The notes below the pieces were generated by a model, which was not told the origin of the DNA, searched no databases, and saw only the letters and a program-made list of their open reading frames with translations. From Octopus sinensis (Eukaryota): a stretch of DNA of 64,000 nt. Below are positions 24,910-36,303 of the stretch, piece by piece; the first letter of the stretch is position 1, and each line of letters starts with the position of its first letter. Location of the stretch: assembly GCF_006345805.1 (NCBI RefSeq), contig NC_043012.1, positions 48,050,001-48,114,000 on the forward strand, in the 5' to 3' direction. The translations under genes were made by a program, and so were the position numbers.

Positions 24910-25572
24910 GGACGATGATACTACCTTATTTTAGCCCTAGAAAAACATCTTTTCCAGCTGACTACCAACGCATAAATACGTCTCTATGCATCAAACAAGT
25001 GAGCTAATGTCCTCACGTAGCTTTAAACGTTGGCAGAAAAGGAGCGACGACGAGAACATCCCTTCCAGACGGTCACCTTTTCCGATCGGCCACGATCCTA
25101 CATAGAGAAGAGGAGGTGGAACGAACGCTTCTGCGGCGGATGCCGGCGGACGAGCGAGCGAAGGCGGGCAAACGCGTACGTCAAAAGGCGCAGGCGAACG
25201 CAGTAGCGTCTGAAAGGTGGGTGGAATGGCGGCGGCGGAGATTCGAGGACGCGCCAGCCGTGTAGAGTTGATCTTGCACCGGTAAGCGAGGAGATACCCG
25301 TTGGCAGAAAAGGAGCGACGAGAACATCCCTTCGAGACGGTCACCTATACCGATCAGCCACGACCCTACATAGAGAGGAGGAACGAACGGTTCTGCGGTG
25401 GATGCTTTAAACGGTACCTGCAGACCATGGCTTTTGGGTTATTTCCCTCCATCGGCACAGGATAATCGTTGGCTAGAAATGGCAGCACTAGGCCTTGTTC
25501 AAAATATAAGGACGCAGTTGTGCGTCGGTACCCAGCTGGAAAAGATGTTTTCCTGGAGCAGTAACATCGGCC
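24910..25572. mobile_element. Old inverted-repeat element (arms 24910-24982 and 25511-25572) interrupted by a GC-rich insertion
   Basis: ccctagaaaaacatcttttccagctgactaccaacgcataaatacgtc versus the reverse complement of gacgcagttgtgcgtcggtacccagctggaaaagatgttttcctgg. Confidence 0.65.
25030..25403. other. GC-rich insertion with diverged internal direct repeats, flanked by the 10-bp duplication GCTTTAAACG
   Basis: GCTTTAAACG at 25020-25029 and 25404-25413; direct repeats at 25028-25143 and 25299-25405 (period 271 bp). Confidence 0.8.
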
Positions 25573-25712
25573 TAGTCAGGACTGCCACTTTACGTTGGCA
25601 AATAGATGTTAATCTATATTCATATACATATACATATATGTATGAGTGTGTGTGCGTGCAAGTGTATGCGTATGCGTGTATATGTATGTATGTATGCATT
25701 TGTACATGCATT

Positions 25713-25864
25713 GGCAGCGGCGTAGCTGTGTGACGGGGAGTTTGAATCCCAGGCACATTGTTCCGGGCTCATTCCCACTGCGTGGCACCTCGAGTCTTGG
25801 GTGGACCAAAGCCTTGCAAGAGGATCTGGTGCGCAGAAATTGAAACAAACCCGTCGTATCTATC

Positions 25865-25900
<36 letters not shown>

Positions 25901-26113
25901 AATATATATATATATGTTGTTGGGGGGAAGGGGGGGTTGTATACGTGACAATCAGTCTTGAGGTTTTTGCCTCAAGCGATTCAGTAAATGTGACTGATAA
26001 AATTAGTGTCAGGCTTAAAGAGAAAATAAGCAATGTGGTCGATTTGTTCGAATAAAATTCCTCAAGGCGGTGCTCCAGTATGGCCTTAGTCTAATAACTG
26101 AAACAAATAAAAG
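25713..26113 (+). mobile_element. SINE family A, old copy
   Basis: Degenerate head, cccactgcgtggcacc core, internal (TA)n, ggcggtgctccagtatggcc...tgaaacaaataaaaga tail. Confidence 0.7.
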
Positions 26114-26167
26114 ATTATATAATTATATATGTATATATATACATGTATATATATATTATATATATAA

Positions 26168-26201
<34 letters not shown>

Positions 26202-26361
26202 ATATATATACAGAGAGAGAGAGAGAAAGAGAAAGAAGAGAGAGAGAGAGAGAGACAAAGAAACAGACACAGACGGACAGATATTAAGTAGGTGCGTCAC
26301 TAATATTTTTGGGGTTGTTTAGTTGATTTCATTGACCTTAGAATATTACTAGTGAGTACTT

Positions 26362-26439
<78 letters not shown>

Positions 26440-27024
26440 TATATTGATCCTTCTAAAGATGAAAGAGCAATATTGACCATGTTTGGATTTCTATGCAGAA
26501 TGCTGAAAGCGAAAAATGAATACTTTAACGCTTTCAGCTTTATGCTTCACAGAGCTTACCGTTTCCGCCAACATTATCGCTGCTATTTTCGAAATATAGT
26601 TTTTTTTTATATAAATTTATTAAATGCTTTATATGCATATGTTGTATCGCGTTAAAGGAATATAATAAATGGAAGTTTGGTTTATTGCTTTATTCCTTCA
26701 CAGATTAATATTCATTTATTTATCATAATTTCAGAGAGTATGAAAATTGGATCTGCGATATATACATCGTTCCGCAATATTGACAGTTCAAATGAAGTAA
26801 AGTAGCCTGTAGCCAAAGAATATTGAAACCACGCAGTGAGAACACGCAAGGAGATTCCTGCTTCTCACAACAAATAATATTAGACAGGCAATGAGTCAAC
26901 ATCGTTACTACTGCTTACGCTGTTATAAATAACAAGCAAGTTCCTTAGTTGGGAAAGGAAAGGACACCTAGGCCTATGGAGGTTAACATACCACAATAAC
27001 GTCGATGCGTTTATGGACTGCATG

Positions 27025-27261
27025 CTTTTACTCTTTTACTTGTTTCAGTCATTTGACTGCGGCCATGCCGGAGCACTGCCTTTAGTCGAGCAAATCGACC
27101 CCAGGACTTATTCTTTGTAAGCCTAGTACTTTTTCTATCGGTCTGTTTTGCCGAACCGCTAAGTTGTAGGGACGTAAACACACCAGCTTCGGTTGTCAAG
27201 CGATGTTGGGAGGACAAACAGACACACAAACATAAACACACACACACACACACACACACAA

Positions 27262-27316
<55 letters not shown>

Positions 27317-27480
27317 CCACGGGCTTCTATCAGTTTCCGTCTAACAAATCCACTCACAAGACTTTGGTCAGCCTGAAGCTATAGTAGAAGACACTTGCCC
27401 AAAGTGCCATGCAGTGGGACTGAACCTGGAGCCGTGTGGCTGGTAAGCAAGCTACTTACCACAAAGCCACTCATGCGCCT
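27025..27480 (-). mobile_element. SINE family A, full length
   Basis: Head with A/B boxes at 27480 going down, internal (TA)n/(CA)n, tail (aaaagagt)n at 27025. Confidence 0.9.
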
Positions 27481-28129
27481 TTTGATCATAGATTATATTT
27501 TAAATGTTACACTGATGCTAAATAATAATAACAGTTTACAATATAGCATGTACTGACAAATGTATCGATACTGATTTCTGAGTTCGCAATTTCCTTCAGA
27601 TCTCTTATAAACCTCCTTAACAACGTTTACACTTCGGGATGAAAGAGATGGGTCGGAGAACTTACATAAAAAGTTATAATATAAGCACCCAACCATCAAT
27701 TTTGTGAGGAAGTAGAGACTAATCAATAAACCCAAAGTTTCGTTACTATAGTGTTCCCAGTTCTTAGTCCGGAACTTTCTTTATCAATTTTAATTTACCG
27801 AATCAGTATTTGAGTAAAATTTTAATGCTATCGATCCAAAATGGCTGGCAGTGGTCATTGGCATAATTTGAATTCAGCTTGTCAAGATACATAATGATAT
27901 ATCGCAAGACTCACAACTGCTTCTATGTTGCGCTTTTTTGAATATCCATCTCTTTTGTTGCTGAACTATGTTCTCAGTGTTGATAGAATAAAATGCACAT
28001 CATAAAGCGCTATGACTCTACTCTCTAGTGCGAAGACGGGAGTAGTATTCGTAGATGATGCTGGTAGGGTTGGCACCGAATTTTGGCATCGGTAGCTATA
28101 CCAGTCCCCGTACTGGACGTCACTGCAGT

Positions 28130-28370
28130 GTGCCAGTGGTCCCAGTTGCCCTGTTTAGAATGTGGACCATGTACTGCAACAAATTGGTATTTAAGGTCTC
28201 ATAGGTATCTAATAACTTGCCAAAACATCCGAAGAAACTTCATGGAGTAGGTGTAGATGTTTTCAAGAAATAATAGACCTCACGTTGTCCAAGGTCTCAC
28301 ATGAACCTATATCACGACAAAAACTCAAAAGCGGGCAGCAGTATCGAACTCCTTTTTCCGTTAAAACCCA
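28130..28370 (+). mobile_element. CR1-like LINE 3' fragment, decayed
   Basis: Broken reading N.LPKHPKKLHGVGVDVFKK..DL.LSKV..EP...RAAVSNS, matching CR1 ORF2 C-termini. Confidence 0.6.
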
Positions 28371-28650
28371 GTCGCGTAACCATGACAACGGAAAAGGGGA
28401 TTACACTGGCTGTGCTGCAGCATGGCCGCAACATTTGGACTGAAACATAAAAGGGAATAAAAGAAAATAGAATATACTTTCAGGTTCTAAATTAATACAC
28501 TCTGATGTTGAGTTCCAATTTCGCCGAGGTGAATTGGCTTTTCGTCATTCCAGACTTAACATGCCTCTGCACAGACATTGATATTAACACCTACTACAAA
28601 CATACCTGCGTACACACAAGCATATGTTGATATGCGAAAAGAGTCCATGC

Positions 28651-28775
28651 TGTTTCTGTCTAACAAATCTCCAAAGTTTCGGTCGATCCGAGGCTACAGC
28701 AGATGATACATGCCCAGTCAGCGCTATGCGGGTTTGAATCCGGATCGACGGTGATTGGAAAGCGAATTTTTAAAA
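28651..28775 (-). mobile_element. SINE family A, degraded 5' fragment
   Basis: tttctgtctaacaaatc...ggtcgatccgaggctacagcagatgatacatgccc resembles the reverse-complement family A core. Confidence 0.5.
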
Positions 28776-29452
28776 TTGCAGTGCAATGCTTAAAAACAAA
28801 AATATCCTATTCATTTCTGGTTCTGTTCAGTTTCACAGTACTTGCAAAATAATGAACCGTTAATGGTTAATTCTACAGAGCTATTTGGAGTGATGTGAAA
28901 CATTGACAATGGACTGTTAAGTGCAAGCATAGAATGAAAATCATCTCTACTCGGCCACCCTCACTCATCACTCCATAGTGCTAATAATTGATTACTCTAC
29001 AAACTGGGTTCATTTAGTAATGATTTAGTAATCGTTCTTCATAGATTAACTTGTACTGAAGTCGATGCAATTAAATATTACATCACCACCTCTCTTGCAA
29101 GTGTTGTCATTGTGTTTTTTCAAAAGAGCTCCTTACTGAAAAAACTGCTCAGCTATCGATCATCAGGCCTTTTAAGTACAATGAGAATAAGAGAAATCTG
29201 CAAAGAACAATGTTAAATTTACTAAAGAAAAAAAAGAACGGTGGAGTGAAAAACGAGTGAATGTTTAATGCAATACACATCTCACTGGAATGTCGATTGA
29301 ACAGCTACAAACAGCAGCTAAAATCTCTTTCAAATGACACCAAATTGTTTTATAAGATACATCGAGTAAAGAGGACCAGTATATATCCTGTTTCAAAAGT
29401 TTAAGGATGGACACTGCATAAATGCGAAACACACCCACACATACATGTCTGT

Positions 29453-29506
<54 letters not shown>

Positions 29507-29527
29507 TATATATAATATATATATATG

Positions 29528-29843
29528 GAGGGGTTTCAAGAGGTGGTATTCATCAACTTTTAGACATTATATTATATTTATTTATTTATCTAAAAAAAAA
29601 CATTTATAACAACATACCTACATGTATAACATATGCTTTACATATATAAAAAAATACCAGTAATTATTAAAATATATAACGTAGAACACAGACCGTAGAA
29701 TAGTAAAATTACTGGTATTTTTATATATGTAAAGTATAATATGTTATACATGTATGTACATTGTTATAATTATTTTATAAAAAATAAATAAATAGACATA
29801 ATATAATGTCTAAAATTTGATAAATATCACCTCTTGATCCCTC
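29528..29843. mobile_element. AT-rich fold-back MITE (arms about 140 bp, loop about 30 nt)
   Basis: gaggggtttcaagaggtggtattcatcaacttttagacatta...ataccagtaatt mirrored by aattactggtatt...taatgtctaaaatttgataaatatcacctcttgatccctc. Confidence 0.85.
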
Positions 29844-30214
29844 ACCATTTTCTTATTACCGTATAAATTAAGGGTAAAACAACTTTTTACCCTCACCTAT
29901 TTATTACATTCATTAGTGTAATTGCCATGCAATGAAAAAACAATTGGGTATACTACCAGCAGTATATTGGATAGATATTATCCCTTAGTTGGTTGAATTC
30001 ACAACGTCTAACTAATCTAGGAATTATATATATAATAATATATATATATGTGTGTGTGTGTGTATGTGTGTGTGTGTGTATGTATGTATGTATATATATA
30101 TATGTATGTATGTATAAGTATATGCATAAGAATATCCATATATACATATATAATTATATAAGTACATCCATAAGAATGTGTATATATGCATATACACACA
30201 CACACACATATATA

Positions 30215-31124
30215 CGAGGTCTGATCAATAAGTATCAGAAATGTTGCCATAGTAACGAAGCTAAATCACGCAGAGTAAAGTCGCTTGAAATAGATTAACT
30301 TTGAATACGGCTGAGCATGTGCTCTAAGTTTTAACGTTCTAACTCACTTCAGCTGTTTACAGCAGTGCTTCGAAATAACGTGTGTAACGCGTGATCGTCG
30401 CGTTGGCCGTGACAGATAAAGTTGTCATGGTGAGACATGGCTTCTGGGCAGGTATCATGGTGATACCTGCCCAGAAGCCCACACAGAATTGCAAAAACGT
30501 TATAGAAAGGAGTGTATGAACCACAACCTTGTGTACGAGTGGTTCTGACGTTTTCAAGATAGCCGAAGAAATGTTGATAATGATTAACGTTCTGAGAGAC
30601 CTGCAACTACTTGAACTGAGAAAAACATCGCAGATGTGCATGCACATCGTCCAATCACCATCCGTGAGTAATCAGAGGATGTGCAGATTAGTTACAGTTC
30701 AGTTCATTACCACAGAAGATTTCGGTATATAAGTCACGCGTCTGCTAAGTTTGTATCAAAAGTGCTTTCAGTTGTCCGAAATGTCACTCGGGTTTCAGTT
30801 GCACAAGACCTCCTTGATTGTGTCTTGAAGAATGAAAACTTTTCCAAAACCTTTGCGTAGACCTCTGAGCAGTTATCGCCAAGCATTCGGCAAAGGTTAT
30901 TGCAAATTCTCCGCTCGACTTTCTCTGTTATGTTCAATGCGACGAACAGACGTTACACACGTTACTTCCACGCACTGCTGTAAGCAGCACAAGTGAGCTA
31001 GAACGTTAAAACTTAGTGCGCCTATACACCAGAGTTCAAGGTCAATCTGTGCCGAGTGGCTTTACTCAGTGTGCTTTAGTTCGTTACTATGACAACAGTC
31101 AGGATACTTATCCATCAGACGACG
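30215..31124 (+). mobile_element. Non-autonomous mariner derivative with two inverted 5' ends (copy 1)
   Basis: TA-cgaggtctgatcaataagtatc TIR; plus-strand transposase remnant (VYEWF.RFQDSRRNV..., TIRE.SEDVQISYSSV, SAKFVSKVL); the right 274 bp is an inverted 5' end encoding MNITEKVERRICNNLCRMLGDNCSEVYAK. Confidence 0.88.
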
Positions 31125-31146
31125 TGTATATATATATATATATATA

Positions 31147-31325
31147 GGCGTAGGAGTGGGTGTGTGGTAAGTAGTTTGCTTACCAGCCACATAGTTCCGG
31201 GTTCAGTCCCACTGCGTGGCCCCTTGGGCAAGTGTCTTTTACTATAGCCTAGGGCCGACCAAACACTTGTGAGTGGATTTGGTAGACGGTAACCGAAAGA
31301 AGCCAGTCGTATATATATATATATA

Positions 31326-31363
<38 letters not shown>

Positions 31364-31572
31364 TTGTTCCCCCACCCACCCAACATCGCTTGACAACCGA
31401 TGCTGGTATGTTTACGTCCCTGTAACTTAGCGGTTCGTCAAAAGAGTCCGATAGAATAAGTACTAGGCTTACAAAGAATAAGTCCTGGGGTCGATTGCTC
31501 GACTAAAGGCGGTGCTCCATCATGGCCACAGTCAAATGACTGAAGCAAGTAAAAGAGTAAAAGAGTAAAAGA
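31147..31572 (+). mobile_element. SINE family A, full length
   Basis: ggcgtaggagtgggtgtgtggtaag (A box), gggttcagtccc (B box), internal microsatellite, (aagtaaaag)n tail; flanked by (TA)n on both sides. Confidence 0.92.
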
Positions 31573-31699
31573 TTATTATATATTATATATATATATATAT
31601 ATATAATATATATATATATTATATATATATACATCTTCCATATTTAACCTTGTTCACTCATAGGACTCCAGGGCAACTCCTTCAACGTTTTAGTCCAAT

Positions 31700-32026
31700 A
31701 AATCTACACAAATGCTTTCTTTTAAGTGTAGTACTATTCTGCCAGTCTCTTGTCACGAACCTTTAAGTTATATGGACATAAACAGATCACTGCTGGTAGT
31801 CTAGCGGTAATAGGAACGAACTCAATGATGAGAATATTCATGTGCACATGAACAAACACGAGCTCGTGCACGCACACTCACACACACAGTATTTCTAATC
31901 GAGTTTCATCCACCAAATTTTCTCACGAGGCTTTGGTTGGCTGATGCTGCCGTGAATTGGGTCTGAATCCAGAGTCACGTTGTAGGGAAGTAAGTCTCTT
32001 AACCGCACAGTCCTGCTTCCACACCT
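31700..32026 (-). mobile_element. SINE family A, old degenerate copy
   Basis: Degenerate reverse-complement matches to both halves (gtactattctgccagtctcttgtcacgaacc...; tttcatccaccaaattttctcacgaggctttgg). Confidence 0.55.
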
Positions 32027-32644
32027 GTATATGTATGATATACGTATATGTGTGCGTAGATGTGCGCACCTGTGCATGTGTGTGTGAGTTCGTGTATGTT
32101 TGTTATATGTGTGTGTGTATGTGCGTGTGTGTGTTTGTATGTGCATGTATGTTGTACTCAAGGATGCTCTGTAGCAATGTAATTAAGTTGTATATAAAAG
32201 TATATGTAACCACTCACGTTTAATGTAGGGCATCTCTCGCTACTTTTTTCTGCTGCAACGCATTTACGCTACATTCTTTCAATACTCTACTAACTTATGT
32301 GTGGTACCTATTTGCTTCTTATAACATTTATATTTTTCCTTCCTATATTTTCATATGAATTTTATTTTTTCATTTATGTCTTATTCCTTCTATCTTTCTA
32401 AAATTCTGAAACAATTCGTGATAGTAATTTTTCCTTTCCAGTAAATATCATACCTATTTCCCTTTCTCAATGGTCGTCGGTATTCGAAAATGCACAACAA
32501 ACTTAGAGGTCATTCGGTTCAGGAAACGGTGATGAAAGTGAGAATGTTACTTTCGTTTCTCGATACTTTCACAACACCATTGAAGTGGAAGATTTTAGAA
32601 CCATCCTATTCGTTCGTATGGATTTCAACTCGCTGAAAAGCTCT

Positions 32645-32775
32645 CGAGCTGGCAGAAACGTTAGCATGCCGGCTGAAATGCTTAGAGGTATTTCGTCTGT
32701 CTTTACGTTCTGAGTTCGAATTCCGCCGAGGTTGACTTTGTCTTTCATCCTTTAGGGGTCGATATATTAGTACTA
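32645..32775 (+). mobile_element. SINE family B, 5' part
   Basis: gagctggcagaaacgttagcatgccgg...gttctgagttcgaattccgccgaggttgactttg. Confidence 0.8.
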
Positions 32776-32782
32776 GTTTTCA

Positions 32783-33188
32783 GGCGCAGGAGTGGGTGTG
32801 TGGTAAGTAGCTTGCTTCCCAACCACATGGTTCCGGGCTAAGCCCCACTGCGTAACACCTTGGTTAGGTGTCTTCTACTATAACCTCCGGCCGACCAAAG
32901 CCTTGTGAGTGGATTTGGTAGACGGAAACGGAAAGAAGCCCGTCATATATAAATATATATGTATATGTGTGTGTGTGGTGTGTGTGTTTGTGTTTGTTAT
33001 TTGTCTGCGTTTGGCCCCTCACCGATGTTGAGTTTTTATATCCCTGTAACCTAGCGGTTCGGCAAAAGAGACCCATAGAATACGCACTAGCCTTACAAAA
33101 AATACATCCTAGGTCGATTTGTTCGACTATAGGTGGTACTCGAGCATGGCCGCAGCCAAATGACTGAAACGAGTAAAAAATAAAAGAA
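32783..33188 (+). mobile_element. SINE family A, full length
   Basis: Head ggcgcaggagtgggtgtgtggtaag through tail tgactgaaacgagtaaaaaataaaaga. Confidence 0.88.
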
Positions 33189-33209
33189 TATACGTGCATA
33201 CATACAAAC

Positions 33210-33315
33210 GAAAAAACCCTGTTGAAATTCCAATGAAGGAGCCTTGGATCTAGGTTAGAAACCGGTTCTTTCTCTATTGGCAAGAAATCTTGAAATAAAC
33301 TGAAGAATGACATAC
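33210..33315 (+). repeat. Dispersed repeat, second copy inverted at 61560-61685
   Basis: gttgaaattccaatgaaggagccttggatctaggttagaaaccggttctttctctattggcaagaaatcttgaaataaactg matches the reverse complement of 61560-61685. Confidence 0.75.
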
Positions 33316-33321
33316 ATACAC

Positions 33322-33355
<34 letters not shown>

Positions 33356-33366
33356 AGAGAAAGAGA

Positions 33367-33740
33367 GGCAAGGCGTGGCTGTGTGGTAAGACGCTTGCTT
33401 CCCAACCAAATGGTTTCAGGTACAGTCCATCAGCGTGGCAGCTTGAGCAAGTATCTTCTACTGTAGGGTCGAGCCGACCAAATTCTTGTCAATAGATTTG
33501 GTACATGGAAACTGATAGAAGCACGTCGTATATATACATATATGTAAATATCTATGAGTGGGTGTGTCTGTTTCTGTATTTGTCCTCTAATACCACTTGA
33601 CAACCGGTGTTGGTGCGTTTACGTCCCTGTAAATTAGCAGTTCTGAAAAGAAACCAATCGGATAAGTACTAGGCTTAAGAAATAAGTCTTGGGGTCGATT
33701 TGTTCGACGCCAGGTACGCCATCATGCCTCAAGTTAAAGA
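33367..33740 (+). mobile_element. SINE family A, old copy
   Basis: Degenerate head, core, and 3' gggtcgatttgttcgac module. Confidence 0.7.
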
Positions 33741-33764
33741 ATATATATATATGTATATATATAT

Positions 33765-34104
33765 AAACAATTGCAGCGTGGTAGGTGTTTATGAGCCATT
33801 TAAGAAACACACAAAAGCCGTTCCATTCACTTCAACATTTAAGTTTAATTTGTCAAAATATTTTCGTCGCTAAAATCCGCGACCTGTTCACTACAAAGTC
33901 CGATGCAGCACGGACTTTGTCAGTGAACAGGTCGCGGATTTTAGCGACGAAAATATTTTGACAAATAAACTTAAATGTTGGAGTGAATCGAACGGCTTTT
34001 GTGTGTTTCTTAAATGCATATAAACACCTTCCACGCTGCAATTGTTTTCGTTTCAGCACACGATCTCAGATCAAATTACTTGCTATGCGAGTACATCTCC
34101 GTAA
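33765..34104. mobile_element. Fold-back MITE: near-perfect 283-bp palindrome (33765-34047, 8-nt loop) with an unpaired 57-bp extension
   Basis: aaacaattgcagcgtgg...acaaagtccg[atgcagca]cggactttgt...ccacgctgcaattgttt; (TA)n on both outer sides. Confidence 0.9.
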
Positions 34105-34347
34105 TATATATATATATAATATATATATATAATATATATATATTATATATATATATATATATAATATATATATATATTTAGTAAACACTATCTGGGAGAC
34201 TTTTTCTTAAAGTAGTGGAAATAGCTAAAAAACTTTTTGGCTGCTATTTCTAAAAATTTCAGTATGCAAAGTAATTTATTTTACTAAGCCCTAATTATAA
34301 TATATATATATATATATATACATGTATTATATATGCGTGTGTGTATG

Positions 34348-34601
34348 CTCTTTACTTTTTTTCTGTTTTACTCTTTTACTTGTTTCAGTTATTTGACTGT
34401 GGCCATTATGGAGCACCGCTTTACGTAGAGCAAATCGACACAAGGACTAATTCTTTGTAAGCTTTGTACTTATTCTATCGGTTTCTTTTGCCGAACTGCT
34501 AAGTTACGGGGACTTAAACACACCAGCATCGGTTGTCACGCGATGTTGGGGGGGACCAGCACAGACACACAAGCATATACAGACGCACATACATATACAC
34601 A

Positions 34602-34634
<33 letters not shown>

Positions 34635-34820
34635 CACACATATATACATATATACGACGGGCTTCTTTCAGTTGACTATGTCTACCAAATCAACTCGCAA
34701 GGCTTTGGTCGGCCAGAGGCTATAGTAAAATACACTTGCTCAAGGTGTCACGCAGTAGGACTGAACCCGGAACCATGTGGTTGGCAAGCAAGCTAATTAC
34801 CACACAGCCACTCCTACGCC
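34348..34820 (-). mobile_element. SINE family A, full length
   Basis: Reverse complement of the complete family A sequence. Confidence 0.88.
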
Positions 34821-35272
34821 TATGTTTGTACGTATGATTGTACATGTGTGTTTGTATGTGTTGAGCAAGCAAATATTCGGCAATCCCATGAGTATGCGAA
34901 GACATATAGCTCCTTTAGAACTAAATATGAGTCTTGCTGCTTATAACTCTTTGGAGTAATCTGCAAGTCCCCAAAACTGAGTGTGTGCCTTGTGAAAATC
35001 ATTGGTGCTCAGACCATTTCAATGTAGCCTGAGTTATCAGCTCAGACGCGAAACTATCAGGAACGATGCGTTAACTCACTCAAAATAATACATTAATCAA
35101 CACTCGTATTGAGTACAATATTTGTCCATGGAAATTCACTGAGGTATACACCCACACAAACACGTGTATACACGCTCGCCATCCTCCAACACATATATAT
35201 GCGTGTCTCTGTGTCTGTGTGCATATGCATGTGTGTGTATGTATACGTATATATATGTATACATAAGCATAT

Positions 35273-35303
<31 letters not shown>

Positions 35304-36226
35304 GCTTACATATACATATATATATATATACATACACATACATACATACATTCTTACATGCATGGATTCATACATGAATGTGCGAATGTGTCTGTGTTTA
35401 TGTCTGTATGCATTTGTATGTGTGTATTTCTCATCTAATGCAGATGTCTGTTTTTCTTCACTTTTCCACTTTACATATAAATATTTTTTTGTTCCTATGA
35501 TTTGCAGTTCTAGTTGATTTTTTATCCGTGCCTGATTTTGTTTCTAAGTCATATTTATTCATTTTTTTAATGTTCTTTTTAGTCTTTGTTTTTGTAAATT
35601 TATTTATTTGTATATTTGTTATGTTAATGCAATGTCGCGTAAATCTAATTGAATCAAAATATGCCGTTTCAAGCGACCAGACCGTATAAAATGCTTAGTT
35701 CTTCTACAGCCTCACCCAACGCCCAACCTACATAACATAACACAACCCACCCACAACGTCACCGCACAGCTCTTACCACAATATCAGAACGTCAGTAGAT
35801 TCAGTTCCTCCAAATATTTACCAACGGAAATTTGCTAGAAAATCTATTTTAGTGAGGAACAAGAACACACACATCACTAGGATTTGCTCTTAGTTTTGTT
35901 ATTTTTATTGGTATAACTGTTAGTACTGTTATTGTTATTAGGAAGAAATCATTATTAATAATAAAGAAATCGTTATTAATATTATTAGTATTTTTTTTTT
36001 TCATTATTTGTTTTTAGTACATTTTGCTTTCATTTTCTTTTTCTCCCGTTGGCGATATTGTTCCTTTTATTCTGTAATGCGTTCTAGAAACAAAATCGTC
36101 TGGATTTTTGCTATTGATGCAATGGCTGACATGTCTAGTCGATATACGATTTTAAGTAACTATTTATATATACTCACACCCGCATATGTAGTGGACACGA
36201 CACGACCAACTATTATCAGAGACAGG

Positions 36227-36303
<77 letters not shown>

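Noticed and set aside
25028-25405. TRIM/LTR retrotransposon interpretation of the GC-rich insert
   Set aside because: No TG...CA termini, no evident PBS or PPT, 10-bp TSD, and the repeats are more diverged than the TSD.
35709-35837. Possible terminal exon PHPTPNLHNITQPTHNVTAQLLPQYQNVSRF with three N-glycosylation sequons
   Set aside because: C/A-rich low-complexity sequence, a single acceptor as evidence, no linkable upstream exon.
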